A stretch of 45,135 nucleotides of DNA from a virus (taxonomy: Duplodnaviria; Caudoviricetes). The position numbers and the translations under genes were made by a program. Shown in pieces: positions 28,310-36,549 of this stretch (position 1 is the first letter of the stretch; each line of letters begins with the position of its first letter). The stretch lies in the IMG/VR virus record IMGVR_UViG_3300017655_000007, positions 1 through 45,135 of that record. One strand, 5' to 3'. A model generated the notes under the pieces. It searched no databases. It had not been told where the DNA came from and saw nothing but the letters and a program-made list of their open reading frames with translations.

Positions 28310-29103
28310 CAGATCGACTCCCGCCCGCGGTGGGACGCCCAGTCGAACGGCAGGACGATGCCGCCGCCTTCCCGCAGCCGGTCGGCCGATCGCTCGCCCA
28401 TAGCCGCTGGCAACTCCTTCGCGCCAAGGTTGGAAATCACGATGGTCGGCAGCATCCGCTCGTAGCGACCGTTGATGATCGAGAACAGCCGGCTCAGCTC
28501 GAAATCGCTCGGGGCCTCCTTGCTCGCTCCGACTTCATCGAGAACCAGCAGTGACGGGCGAATCAATGCGTCAAGGATGCTCCCCTCGGTCTGGCCGGAA
28601 CCGCCATCGAACGTGGCGCGGATGGCCTGCAGGATTCCACCAAGGGTCCGATAGGCAGCCGTATGGGTGGAATTGGCCATCACGGCTTGGGCGATAGATA
28701 CGCCAAGATGCGTTTTGCCGGTGCCGGGGTTACCCACCAGGATCAGGCAGCGCCCGGCGGCCAGGTTGGCATCAAACTCGGCGGCGTAACGTTCGCAGCG
28801 CGCTTTGGCCTTTTGCTGGCCGTCGCAGCTCACCGCGTAGCTGTCGAAGGTCTTGTCCTTGAATCGCTTTGGAATCAGCGAGTCACCCAGCTTGTAGGCG
28901 AGGTCAACACGCTGACGCTTGACGTCCTCGGCCTGGCTTTTTGCAACCTGCGCCGCCTTGCAGCCTGGGCATGGGGAGCGAAAGGTGTGGTTGAGTACCT
29001 GGTGGGTAGTTGCCTCATACGGGCCATGCTCTTCGCACATGGCCATGGAGGTGACCTGCGGGCCGGCAATGCTGGACAGGTGAACCACTTTTTCAGAACG
29101 CAT
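28309..29103 (-). CDS. DnaC/IstB-like helicase loader ATPase
   Basis: Zn-binding CEEHG..CPGC, GNPGTGKT, LLVLDE, SNL, DRL. Confidence 0.93.
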   Translation of the reverse strand: MRSEKVVHLSSIAGPQVTSMAMCEEHGPYEATTHQVLNHTFRSPCPGCKAAQVAKSQAEDVKRQRVDLAYKLGDSLIPKRFKDKTFDSYAVSCDGQQKAKARCERYAAEFDANLAAGRCLILVGNPGTGKTHLGVSIAQAVMANSTHTAAYRTLGGILQAIRATFDGGSGQTEGSILDALIRPSLLVLDEVGASKEAPSDFELSRLFSIINGRYERMLPTIVISNLGAKELPAAMGERSADRLREGGGIVLPFDWASHRGRESI

Positions 29104-29965
29104 AGGAGCCATCCCCCCGTGGAATAAGGCCATCGTGATAGTCGCGGTCGTTGAAGCCGTGGTGACGGCTGTTGGGCCTGCCCTGGGCGGGCGATTGAGT
29201 GTTTTGCTCTGCGAGCCGCTTAGCGACCCAAGAAGCCTTGAAACCCTGCCATCCGGCCGAGAGGGCCTCGGTCAACGCGGTGGCCGCGCTGATACCAAGT
29301 TCTGTGCACGCCGTCAGTTCGTCGTTGAGAGAGCCCCATACGGTTTCAGTAACGCCAGCGCTCTTCGCTTTGCGCAGGGCTATCCAATCCTTGAGCAGCG
29401 GCTCAGGCAGACCGTGTGGGTTGTCGGCCAGTAGATCGCGAAGCCCGAAAGGCTTCTTGCGGTCAGGCTTTCCCTCAGGGACCGGATCAGGCTCAGCCTT
29501 GGGGGGGCATGTAATCTCTTCCGTAGGAAGAGTTACATAGGGGGTTTCTTTCTTAGAATAAAGAAGGGAGTCGGCGGTTTTGGTCTGTTTCGACTCTTCT
29601 CCGATTCGGACCACTTGAGCCGAGTCGGCGGTTTTGGTCTGTTTCGGTTCAGTGACGTACACCCAGTCTTTCGGGTCATTCACGCCGATGTCGCCACGAG
29701 CACCGCCCTCTCGGAACAGCACGCGTCGGCGCAGCAGGCTAGAAACAGCCTTCGAGACGGAGTCAGGGTGAACGTTGATTGCCTTCGCGATGTCGGTAGC
29801 CGGGATGCGCTGAGCACCAGCCCCGAAGTTGATTGTGGCCTTGGCCACGTACAGCACAATCTTCATCTCCCGGGCTGGGAGATCGATAGCCAGCAGGCCA
29901 TCCATGAGCTGGTTGTCCATCCGGGTGAACCCCCTGGACTTGTCAAGTGGGACGATGTTTGTCAT
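29093..29965 (-). CDS. Replication initiator (lambda O-like)
   Basis: GFTRMDNQL N-terminus with HTH; internal iterons; upstream of the loader. Confidence 0.9.
   Translation of the reverse strand: MTNIVPLDKSRGFTRMDNQLMDGLLAIDLPAREMKIVLYVAKATINFGAGAQRIPATDIAKAINVHPDSVSKAVSSLLRRRVLFREGGARGDIGVNDPKDWVYVTEPKQTKTADSAQVVRIGEESKQTKTADSLLYSKKETPYVTLPTEEITCPPKAEPDPVPEGKPDRKKPFGLRDLLADNPHGLPEPLLKDWIALRKAKSAGVTETVWGSLNDELTACTELGISAATALTEALSAGWQGFKASWVAKRLAEQNTQSPAQGRPNSRHHGFNDRDYHDGLIPRGDGSYAF
29568..29646. repeat. Replication-origin iterons
   Basis: Exact 25-bp direct repeat GAGTCGGCGGTTTTGGTCTGTTTCG at 29568-29592 and 29622-29646, next to an AT-rich tract. Confidence 0.8.
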
Positions 29966-30098
29966 GCTTTGATCTCGTTTGAAGCTGTAGAGAAAGCCGC
30001 CCTGCCAGGCGGTTTTTTTTCGTCTGCTATTTAGCTACTGGATGCCTGAACAGCTGGACGGCCCCACTACTGGCGCAACGCCAGTCGTTGCAAAATGC

Positions 30099-30332
30099 TC
30101 AACACGAAGCGGCCTGATCCTCTGTCGGATAAAGATCTGGCCTTAGCTGATGGCGAGTGACTTTCCCGTCCACCGCCTTCTCAAATGGGATCACCAGATC
30201 TGCCGGTACCTTCTGGTTACGATGTACGCACTGCCAAATGCGCGGCTGGCTGGTTTTGCATCTTCGTGCGAGCTCTGCCTGGCCTCCGGCCAAGCGCACG
30301 ACCTCGTCAATTGGTCTTTCTGTGTTCGGCAT
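30099..30332 (-). CDS. cro: Cro-like repressor (YdaS type)
   Basis: GGQAELARRCKTSQPRIWQ HTH, LRPDLY; divergent from cI. Confidence 0.9.
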   Translation of the reverse strand: MPNTERPIDEVVRLAGGQAELARRCKTSQPRIWQCVHRNQKVPADLVIPFEKAVDGKVTRHQLRPDLYPTEDQAASC

Positions 30333-30365
30333 GTCTGCGTGCCTCAATGGATCGTACACCCGATG

Positions 30366-30425
30366 ATAACTCAAGTTATAGATAAGGCAAACACATGTTA
30401 TTTGATGAGTAATAACGTGTGTTTT
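30366..30425. promoter_or_regulatory. Right operator, three ATAAC-N4-GTTAT sites
   Basis: Sites at 30366-30379, 30388-30401 and 30412-30425. Confidence 0.85.
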
Positions 30426-30437
30426 ACCCTTGCAGGC

Positions 30438-31094
30438 ATGAACAAACCTTCCGAAATGCTCAAAGACCGAATCCTTGAACGACGCACAGCACTTGGCCTC
30501 AGCCAGGCTCAGCTAGCGGAGAAATCGGGAGTAAGCCAGGTCACGATCCAGCACCTTGAAAGCGGTCGGAACTCGACCTCCAAAAAGCTGCTTGAAATAG
30601 CGAGGGCTCTTGGAGTTACTGCCGAATGGTTGGCATCCGGCCAGAGCGCGCAGCGTGAAGCGAGTAATGTCAGGGAGCTGAGTGAACAGCCCGAGTCTTT
30701 CAAGTATCCGGTGATCAGCTGGGTAGCTGCGGGCGCTTGGGCAGAAGCTGTCGAGCCATTTCCGCCAGGCTTCTCGGATCGCTATGAAATGTCAGATTAC
30801 GATTCGAAAGGGGTCGCATTCTGGCTAGAGGTTAAAGGCGACTCGATGACCTCCCCTGTCGGCACAAGCATCCCGGAAGGAATGCTGATCCTGGTCGACA
30901 CCGAAGCCGAGGCCATTCCAGGGAAGCTTGTCGTTGCCAAGCTTGCTGATAGCAACGAAGCGACGTTCAAGAAACTGGTAGAAGACGGAGGGCGAAGGTT
31001 CTTGAAGCCTCTCAATCCGGCCTACCCCATGGAAATGTGCATGGAAGGCTGCAGAATCGTAGGGGTTGTGGTACGCGCTACCATTAAGCTCTAA
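30438..31094 (+). CDS. cI: CI repressor (HTH plus S24 autopeptidase)
   Basis: LSQAQLAEKSGVSQ HTH; VAAG cleavage site; GDSM and TFKK catalytic motifs. Confidence 0.95.
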   Translation: MNKPSEMLKDRILERRTALGLSQAQLAEKSGVSQVTIQHLESGRNSTSKKLLEIARALGVTAEWLASGQSAQREASNVRELSEQPESFKYPVISWVAAGAWAEAVEPFPPGFSDRYEMSDYDSKGVAFWLEVKGDSMTSPVGTSIPEGMLILVDTEAEAIPGKLVVAKLADSNEATFKKLVEDGGRRFLKPLNPAYPMEMCMEGCRIVGVVVRATIKL

Positions 31095-31109
31095 CCCGCC
31101 CTTCCAGAA

Positions 31110-31137
31110 GGCCCAGCGTAATGCTGGGCTTTTTTTC
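31110..31137 (+). terminator. Terminator after cI
   Basis: GCCCAGC-GTAAT-GCTGGGC followed by T7. Confidence 0.85.
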
Positions 31138-31205
31138 GCAAGCAATAAGCGAGAGCTAAATAAAATTAGCCCAAGGCTATTGAAATTTCCTTCCGCAACG
31201 GATAA

Positions 31206-31221
31206 CTGTATGCGCATACAG
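31206..31221. promoter_or_regulatory. LexA (SOS) box
   Basis: Perfect palindrome CTGTATGCGCATACAG. Confidence 0.88.
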
Positions 31222-31240
31222 TAAAAGGGAGTTTCCAATC

Positions 31241-31489
31241 ATGCTTCAGCCCGCCTTCTCACATTCCCCATCCCTGTCCTACGAGCGGCTCGGATACCGC
31301 ATCCAGCAAGCGATCGCTTCACCTCACGTCCAGAAAAGACAGTTTGTTGAAGTCAAGCCGAGCGCAGATGAATCACCTGCGGACTGGAAGCGCTTGATTT
31401 CCGACCTGGAGGAGACTTCAGGCATCACGATCGAAACCCTTGAATCAGGCCTCGTCCGGATCGGATGGCGAGGATTTACCGAAGCATAA
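31241..31489 (+). CDS. DUF1654-like small protein, SOS-boxed
   Basis: SYERLGYRIQQAI..P...DWKRLI..LEE pattern; RBS; own terminator at about 31496-31520. Confidence 0.8.
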   Translation: MLQPAFSHSPSLSYERLGYRIQQAIASPHVQKRQFVEVKPSADESPADWKRLISDLEETSGITIETLESGLVRIGWRGFTEA

Positions 31490-31530
31490 ACACCTGCCCG
31501 CCCTGTGCGGGCTTTTTTTTGGCTGGATTT

Positions 31531-31620
31531 ATAACTTGAGTTATTGACAGCATGAAAACCTGAGTTATTATTCGATCCATAACACAGGTTATTGGCAGCT
31601 CAGGCAGCCACCGCTCTTTA
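31531..31620 (+). promoter_or_regulatory. Left operator/pL with boxA
   Basis: Operators at 31531-31544, 31555-31568 and 31579-31592; TTGACA at 31544; boxA CGCTCTTTA at 31612-31620. Confidence 0.85.
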
Positions 31621-31806
31621 AAAACCAGCAGATGAGCCACCAGGCGCCGAGTTAAGCCGGCCGTTGAGCCCTGGTGGACAGTACGCAACGCAGCAAGCTT
31701 CCTCGCTCGACATGTCGGCCCGCAGGTTTGCTGAGCAATACCGATTTCACTGGCTGGCCTTGGCAACAGGGCCAGACGGGAAATCAACCCCACGGAGCAA
31801 TACCCC

Positions 31807-32244
31807 ATGCTTGGAAAACTGTTCGGCAAGAAAGGTCGTGAAGCCCGCGCTGCAATGCAGGTGGTTCAGAACCGCGACCTGATGCAGGCGATCGTGTACG
31901 GCGCCTTCTACGTCGCAGCCGCCGACGGCGATATCGGCGAGGACGAGATCAAAAAGACCGAAAAGCTGATCGCTAACACCCCTCAGCTCAAGGGCTTCGG
32001 GCCGGAGCTGTCCAACACCATGGACCGCGCCGAGAAGGACTTCCACGATGGTGGTCACCGCATCCTGCGCATGAACGCCGAGAAGGAGCTGAAGGACCTG
32101 GCGCACTCGCCGGAAGAGGCGGCCATCGTGCTCAACGTCATGCTGACCATCGCTGAGGCATCGGGCGACATCGACGACAAGGAAATGGCCGTCCTTGAGA
32201 AGTCGGCGAAGCTGATGGGCCTCAGCCTCAAGGACTACCTGTGA
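31807..32244 (+). CDS. TerB-family protein
   Basis: VAAADGDIGEDE and IAEASGDIDDKE repeats of the TerB fold. Confidence 0.85.
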   Translation: MLGKLFGKKGREARAAMQVVQNRDLMQAIVYGAFYVAAADGDIGEDEIKKTEKLIANTPQLKGFGPELSNTMDRAEKDFHDGGHRILRMNAEKELKDLAHSPEEAAIVLNVMLTIAEASGDIDDKEMAVLEKSAKLMGLSLKDYL

Positions 32245-32435
32245 TCCGAATCGGATCATTCGCGATCATGGCCGCCGCCGTCGTGTGGCTGGCCTTGCGC
32301 GGCATCGACTATGGCACCTGCGCCTGGTACGGCCATCAGACCGAGCGCGACACCCGCTACGCCGCATTCGTCGGCTGCATGGTGAAGACCAGCAGCGGAT
32401 GGGTGCCCCGCAACGAACTGCGCACCCAGCAGTAG
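32241..32435 (+). CDS. Small membrane-anchored protein
   Basis: GTGA-coupled to TerB; N-terminal TM segment, two Cys. Confidence 0.75.
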   Translation: MIRIGSFAIMAAAVVWLALRGIDYGTCAWYGHQTERDTRYAAFVGCMVKTSSGWVPRNELRTQQ

Positions 32436-32487
32436 CACCACGTCAGCCTGACGAGAACTGCCCGGTTCACCTGGTTCCCCATCACCA

Positions 32488-32601
32488 GGCTGCATCGGTG
32501 TGTGATCTGTGAGACGTGGCCGCTGAAACCCAAGCGCCTAGATGGATGCGCCGAAACGCGGAAACGGGGCGCTCAATACCAGATCACACACCAATGCAGC
32601 C
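32488..32601 (+). other. Long RNA stem (22-bp inverted repeat) enclosing a branched structure
   Basis: 32488-32509 pairs with 32580-32601, one mismatch. Confidence 0.7.
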
Positions 32602-32619
32602 ACCCCGCAAGAGCAAATC

Positions 32620-33003
32620 ATGGACACGATCACTATCGGCGCATGGATAGGCCACCTTGGCCGAGGCCTGGCGCCTCGCGAATTGCAATGCATCCTCGAT
32701 GTCGCCCAGGGCTTCACCACCAAGGAGATAGCTAGGCACTTCGGCATCAGCGAAAGCGGTGTCGAGAAGCGCATCGGCGACGCCATGTTGAAGCTGGGCG
32801 TTGCCCGCCGTGCCGCAGCAGTTGCCGAAGCCATGCGCCGCCAGATCATCAGCCCGCTCTGCATCGCGCTGGCCGCACTCATCACCATGCACGCGGTGAT
32901 CGATGACAGCGACCCAATGCGCCGCGATCGCCGCACGCCGGAGCGCCGCACCGCCCAAGTTCGAATCGTTCGCAAGGCCGAGGCCTTCGAGCTCCACGCC
33001 TGA
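32620..33003 (+). CDS. LuxR-type HTH regulator
   Basis: LAPRELQCILDVAQGFTTKEIARHFGIS..KLGV. Confidence 0.9.
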   Translation: MDTITIGAWIGHLGRGLAPRELQCILDVAQGFTTKEIARHFGISESGVEKRIGDAMLKLGVARRAAAVAEAMRRQIISPLCIALAALITMHAVIDDSDPMRRDRRTPERRTAQVRIVRKAEAFELHA

Positions 33004-33021
33004 CCCACTGAGGACCAACCC

Positions 33022-33360
33022 ATGCAAGCAGCCATCCAAGAAAGCCAGGGTAAACTCGACGCCCTGCGCCAGGAAGTGATCACGGCCACCGAGGCATTCC
33101 GCGCCAAATCGCGCTTCTTTGTCACCCAAAGCGGTAACGGCTGGATTGTCGTCTCTTCCAGCAACAACCGCGTGTACGGCCGCAACACCAGCTACCCGCA
33201 GGCTGTCCGTTATGCGGAGAGCCTTGAGCGTGCGATCGATGCCAAAACCCTCCCGCTGGTGGCCGTGGTGAAGGTCCGCCAGATCGGTGAAAGCGCCACC
33301 CGCTGGATGGCACTCTTTGCGTTGACGCTGATCTTGTTGGCCGGGGCGGCGTCGTCATGA
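33022..33360 (+). CDS. Hypothetical protein with C-terminal TM segment
   Basis: RBS GAGGA; coupled to ssb. Confidence 0.75.
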   Translation: MQAAIQESQGKLDALRQEVITATEAFRAKSRFFVTQSGNGWIVVSSSNNRVYGRNTSYPQAVRYAESLERAIDAKTLPLVAVVKVRQIGESATRWMALFALTLILLAGAASS

Positions 33361-33854
33361 GCCGCGGGGTAAACAAGGTCATCCTGGTCGGCACATGCGG
33401 CCAGGACCCGGAGGTGCGCTACCTGCCGAACGGCAACGCCGTTACCAACCTCAGCCTGGCCACTAGCGAGCAGTGGACCGACAAGCAGTCGGGCCAGAAG
33501 GTCGAGCGCACCGAGTGGCACCGTGTGTCGCTGTTCGGGAAGGTCGCCGAGATCGCCGGCGAGTACCTGCGCAAAGGCTCCCAGTGCTACATCGAGGGCA
33601 AGCTGCAGACCCGCGAGTGGGAGAAGGACGGCATCAAGCGCTACACCACGGAAATCATCGTCGACATCAACGGCACGATGCAGCTGCTCGGCAGCCGGCC
33701 TCAGGGTCAGCATCCAGGCCAGGTGCCAGATCGGCAACCGCAACAACGCCGGCCGGCGCGCCAGCAGCCGAACCAACAGGCGGCTCCACCTGATCACGAC
33801 AGCTTCGACGACGACATACCGTTCGCGCCCCTTCCGTACCTCGCCGGTGCGTAG
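33357..33854 (+). CDS. ssb: Single-stranded DNA-binding protein
   Basis: GVNKVILVG...TEWHRV; acidic tail FDDDIPF. Confidence 0.97.
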   Translation: MSRGVNKVILVGTCGQDPEVRYLPNGNAVTNLSLATSEQWTDKQSGQKVERTEWHRVSLFGKVAEIAGEYLRKGSQCYIEGKLQTREWEKDGIKRYTTEIIVDINGTMQLLGSRPQGQHPGQVPDRQPQQRRPARQQPNQQAAPPDHDSFDDDIPFAPLPYLAGA

Positions 33855-33856
33855 CC

Positions 33857-34018
33857 ATGAGGCGCCGACAGCAGGTTCACCCCACCGCCTACTACCTCGG
33901 CCGCGCCTGCCGCGACAACAGCCAGTCACGCGATGCCCAGCCATACGGCTGGATGACCGTGGACTGCGGCTGGTGGCTTGCCGGCTGGCATGACCGAGAC
34001 ATGGAGCTTTCCGCTTGA
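33857..34018 (+). CDS. Rmf-like small protein, 53 aa (not in the ORF track)
   Basis: MRRRQQVHPTAYYLGRACRDNSQSRDAQPYGWMTVDCGWWLAGWHDRDMELSA; A..G..S...PY...WL.GW pattern of RMF. Confidence 0.65.
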   Translation: MRRRQQVHPTAYYLGRACRDNSQSRDAQPYGWMTVDCGWWLAGWHDRDMELSA

Positions 34019-34099
34019 AACGCATCACCGCGCGCGTCCGGCACGGCCGGCGCCAGCAGCACATCAATTTGCCGCCCAGCGGCTTGGGAGGTACCGGCG

Positions 34100-34468
34100 A
34101 TGGCCGAGGAAAAGACCGGTGTCGCGAAGCACTCTGCGGACTACCGGGCCCGGAAGAAGGCTCTGGCCGAGAAGCTGGGCATCGAGAAGGTGTTCTTCAA
34201 CATGCCCGCTGGGATCAAGTCGGCTATGGCTGCCGAGATCGAGCACCACGGTTACGACCAGGTGCAGGAGCTCTGGCAGGACCTGGCCCTTTCGTGGATC
34301 GCGCAGGAACCTGAAGAGCGGGCGCGCCGCCTCGAACGGCCTGACGCGCCAGCTTTTTACATCTCGCAAAAACTAGCGCGTCAGTTCATTGAAGCGAGCA
34401 TGGCCGAACTGAGGCGCGACCCTGGCGACGAACTGATCACGCCTCAAGACAGGTCAAAGGTAACCTGA
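34100..34468 (+). CDS. Hypothetical protein, 122 aa
   Basis: RBS GGAGG; basic N-terminal helix, possibly DNA-binding. Confidence 0.75.
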   Translation: MAEEKTGVAKHSADYRARKKALAEKLGIEKVFFNMPAGIKSAMAAEIEHHGYDQVQELWQDLALSWIAQEPEERARRLERPDAPAFYISQKLARQFIEASMAELRRDPGDELITPQDRSKVT

Positions 34469-34659
34469 CCCGGGGCTGCAGCGGATACTCTTACCATGGT
34501 GTCCGCAAGGAGGCCTGGAGCTCGGATCGTCAAGTGCCCTCCTCGCCCCCTCATCGTTGTAGCAATTCGGACCAAGCTGTCAGGCATATAGCCAGCTCCC
34601 AGAACCAAGCTTCCACCTGCCTCTGCTACGCGCAGCAGCGTGTCGACCATGTACGCCAT
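34444..34659 (-). CDS. Antisense moron, 71 aa, three internal repeats
   Basis: RBS AAGGAG; D[TS][LM][LV]R[VI] unit occurs three times. Confidence 0.75.
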   Translation of the reverse strand: MAYMVDTLLRVAEAGGSLVLGAGYMPDSLVRIATTMRGRGGHLTIRAPGLLADTMVRVSAAAPGQVTFDLS

Positions 34660-34771
34660 TTGTTGCTCCTTGAAGGGCGGAATGCCCTCTTTTTGATATC
34701 ACAGCACCAACCCAAATTGCCACCATGCCGCATCCGGCCACGGAGGGCGGCGCATGCCCAGGAGAATCACC

Positions 34772-35467
34772 ATGCAACTCGACATCAATATCGAAGGAAT
34801 CGTCGCCGAATCGGTAGCCGCTGCGCTGAGCCTGGAAAAGCTGCAACCGATCATCGAGAAAAACGTGGAAGCGACAGTGAAACGCGCCATCGAAGAACAG
34901 TTCAGCTACAGGTCGCCGTTCGAGAAGTTGCTCAATGAAAAGCTAGCAAGCGTGATGCCGACCGATGTACAGGACATCGGTCGATATGGCGACCTTGTGC
35001 TGAAGACTGTTTCCAGCTACCTGGAGAACATGCAAAACCAGGCAGTAAAGCAAACGATCGAGGAAAAGCTCACGGCGATGCTGAAGCCACTTCCGGCCCG
35101 CATGACGCTCACTGAGTTGGTCAAGCAGATCACCAGGGCCTTCGAGGAACGGTCCGATATCGCTGGAGAGGAAGGGCCATCCATCATCATTGAAAAGTCA
35201 GAAGGTGTCTGCGAAGGCTATTGGCAGCTTTATGCCGACGCCGAGCAGAACAAAGACAAATGGTCTTGCTCGGTAAAAATGATGTTCCGTAGCGACGGCG
35301 AGTGCTTCGACCTTACAGTCAATGAGTACGACCCGAAGAAAAGCCTGTACCTGGGCGCGACTTACGGCATCGAGGCGTTACTACTCAACATCTACACCGG
35401 TGGCGTGAAGATCGATTTCGAAGAGATCTACACCGGCGACATTCGCTACAGCCACTCGGACTACTGA
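34772..35467 (+). CDS. Hypothetical protein, 231 aa
   Basis: RBS AGGAG; long ORF in operon orientation. Confidence 0.8.
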   Translation: MQLDINIEGIVAESVAAALSLEKLQPIIEKNVEATVKRAIEEQFSYRSPFEKLLNEKLASVMPTDVQDIGRYGDLVLKTVSSYLENMQNQAVKQTIEEKLTAMLKPLPARMTLTELVKQITRAFEERSDIAGEEGPSIIIEKSEGVCEGYWQLYADAEQNKDKWSCSVKMMFRSDGECFDLTVNEYDPKKSLYLGATYGIEALLLNIYTGGVKIDFEEIYTGDIRYSHSDY

Positions 35468-35554
35468 CCCTTCGGCGCTGCCCGCCAGCTCCTTCCCCTA
35501 TTCAACGATAACGCCTCCCCGGCGAGGGCGGCGCATGCACGCAAGGACCACACG

Positions 35555-36505
35555 ATGGCCGAATACAACATCGTCAGCATGAGCGGCGGTAAAGACAGCA
35601 CGGCCACCCTTCTGGTCGCTCGCGAGCTGGAGGTGCCGAACCTCAGCGCAGTCTTTGCAGACACCGGGCACGAACACCCGGCCACCTATGAATACGTGCA
35701 CTACCTAGCCGAGGCCGTTGGGGTGCCTATCCGCTGGGTAAAGGCTGACTTTGCTCGGCAGATCGCCGGCAAGCGCAAGTTCATCGAAACGAAGTGGCGC
35801 GAAAAAGGAGTGCCAGAGGCGGTAGTGCTGGCCGCCCTGGAAGTGCTGCACCCCACGGGCAACCCGTTCCTCGACATGTGCCTCTGGAAAGGCCGGTTCC
35901 CCAGCACCAAGGCCCGATTTTGCACGGACGAGCTGAAGCGAAACCCGATCATTGAGGACGTTTTCATGCCGCTGATGACCGGCGAGAACCTTTTGCTGTC
36001 TTGGCAAGGTGTGCGAGCTGATGAGTCACTGAGCAGGCGGTACCTACCTGAGTGCGACGAGGTCGGCGGCGGCCTGTTCAATTACCGGCCAATTCTCAAG
36101 TGGCCAGTCGAGGCCGTATTTGAAGCTCACCGCGCCGCTGGGATCAAGCCGAACCCACTATACCTTCAGGGCTGCAATCGCGTCGGCTGCATGCCCTGCA
36201 TTATGTGCGCAAAGGATGAGCTGCGAGAGATCGCCGCCAGGTGGCCGGAAGAGGTGGCCAGAGTGCGCGAGTGGGAGCGGCTAGTCAGCATCGCTAGCAA
36301 GCGCGGGGCTGCGACCTTCTTCGCTACGGTGACCGATCCCACCGTCAGGTCTGAGGACAAGGTTAGCGCTACTACCCATGGCATCGACCGCATGGTCGAC
36401 TGGGCCAATACCGCGCGCGGTGGCCGCCAGTTTGACATGGTTGATCTAATCGCTCGGACGGACAGCCAGAACAGCTGCTCTTCGGCCTACGGCCTCTGCG
36501 AATAA
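35555..36505 (+). CDS. PAPS-reductase-family (PP-loop) protein
   Basis: SMSGGKDS, FADTG, RFCT..LK, GVRADES, RVGCMPC. Confidence 0.92.
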   Translation: MAEYNIVSMSGGKDSTATLLVARELEVPNLSAVFADTGHEHPATYEYVHYLAEAVGVPIRWVKADFARQIAGKRKFIETKWREKGVPEAVVLAALEVLHPTGNPFLDMCLWKGRFPSTKARFCTDELKRNPIIEDVFMPLMTGENLLLSWQGVRADESLSRRYLPECDEVGGGLFNYRPILKWPVEAVFEAHRAAGIKPNPLYLQGCNRVGCMPCIMCAKDELREIAARWPEEVARVREWERLVSIASKRGAATFFATVTDPTVRSEDKVSATTHGIDRMVDWANTARGGRQFDMVDLIARTDSQNSCSSAYGLCE

Positions 36506-36549
36506 CCCTTTCCATTTAAAACTTCACGCCGCCTTGGCGAGGACCGCCC

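Noticed and set aside
29568-29646. CRISPR-like repeat-spacer-repeat
   Set aside because: Only two copies, in frame inside the O gene, with no cas genes; better explained as iterons
30150-30437. N-terminal extension of CI (314-aa ORF)
   Set aside because: It runs through cro and the operators; the HTH begins after the ATG at 30438
32441-32570. Hammerhead ribozyme (CTGACGA ... GAAAC)
   Set aside because: CTGACG is sequestered in its own hairpin and I could not build the three stems around a cleavage triplet
35555-36505. Sulfate-assimilation cysH auxiliary metabolic gene
   Set aside because: Lacks the C-terminal ECGLH-type motif and lies among DNA-modification genes
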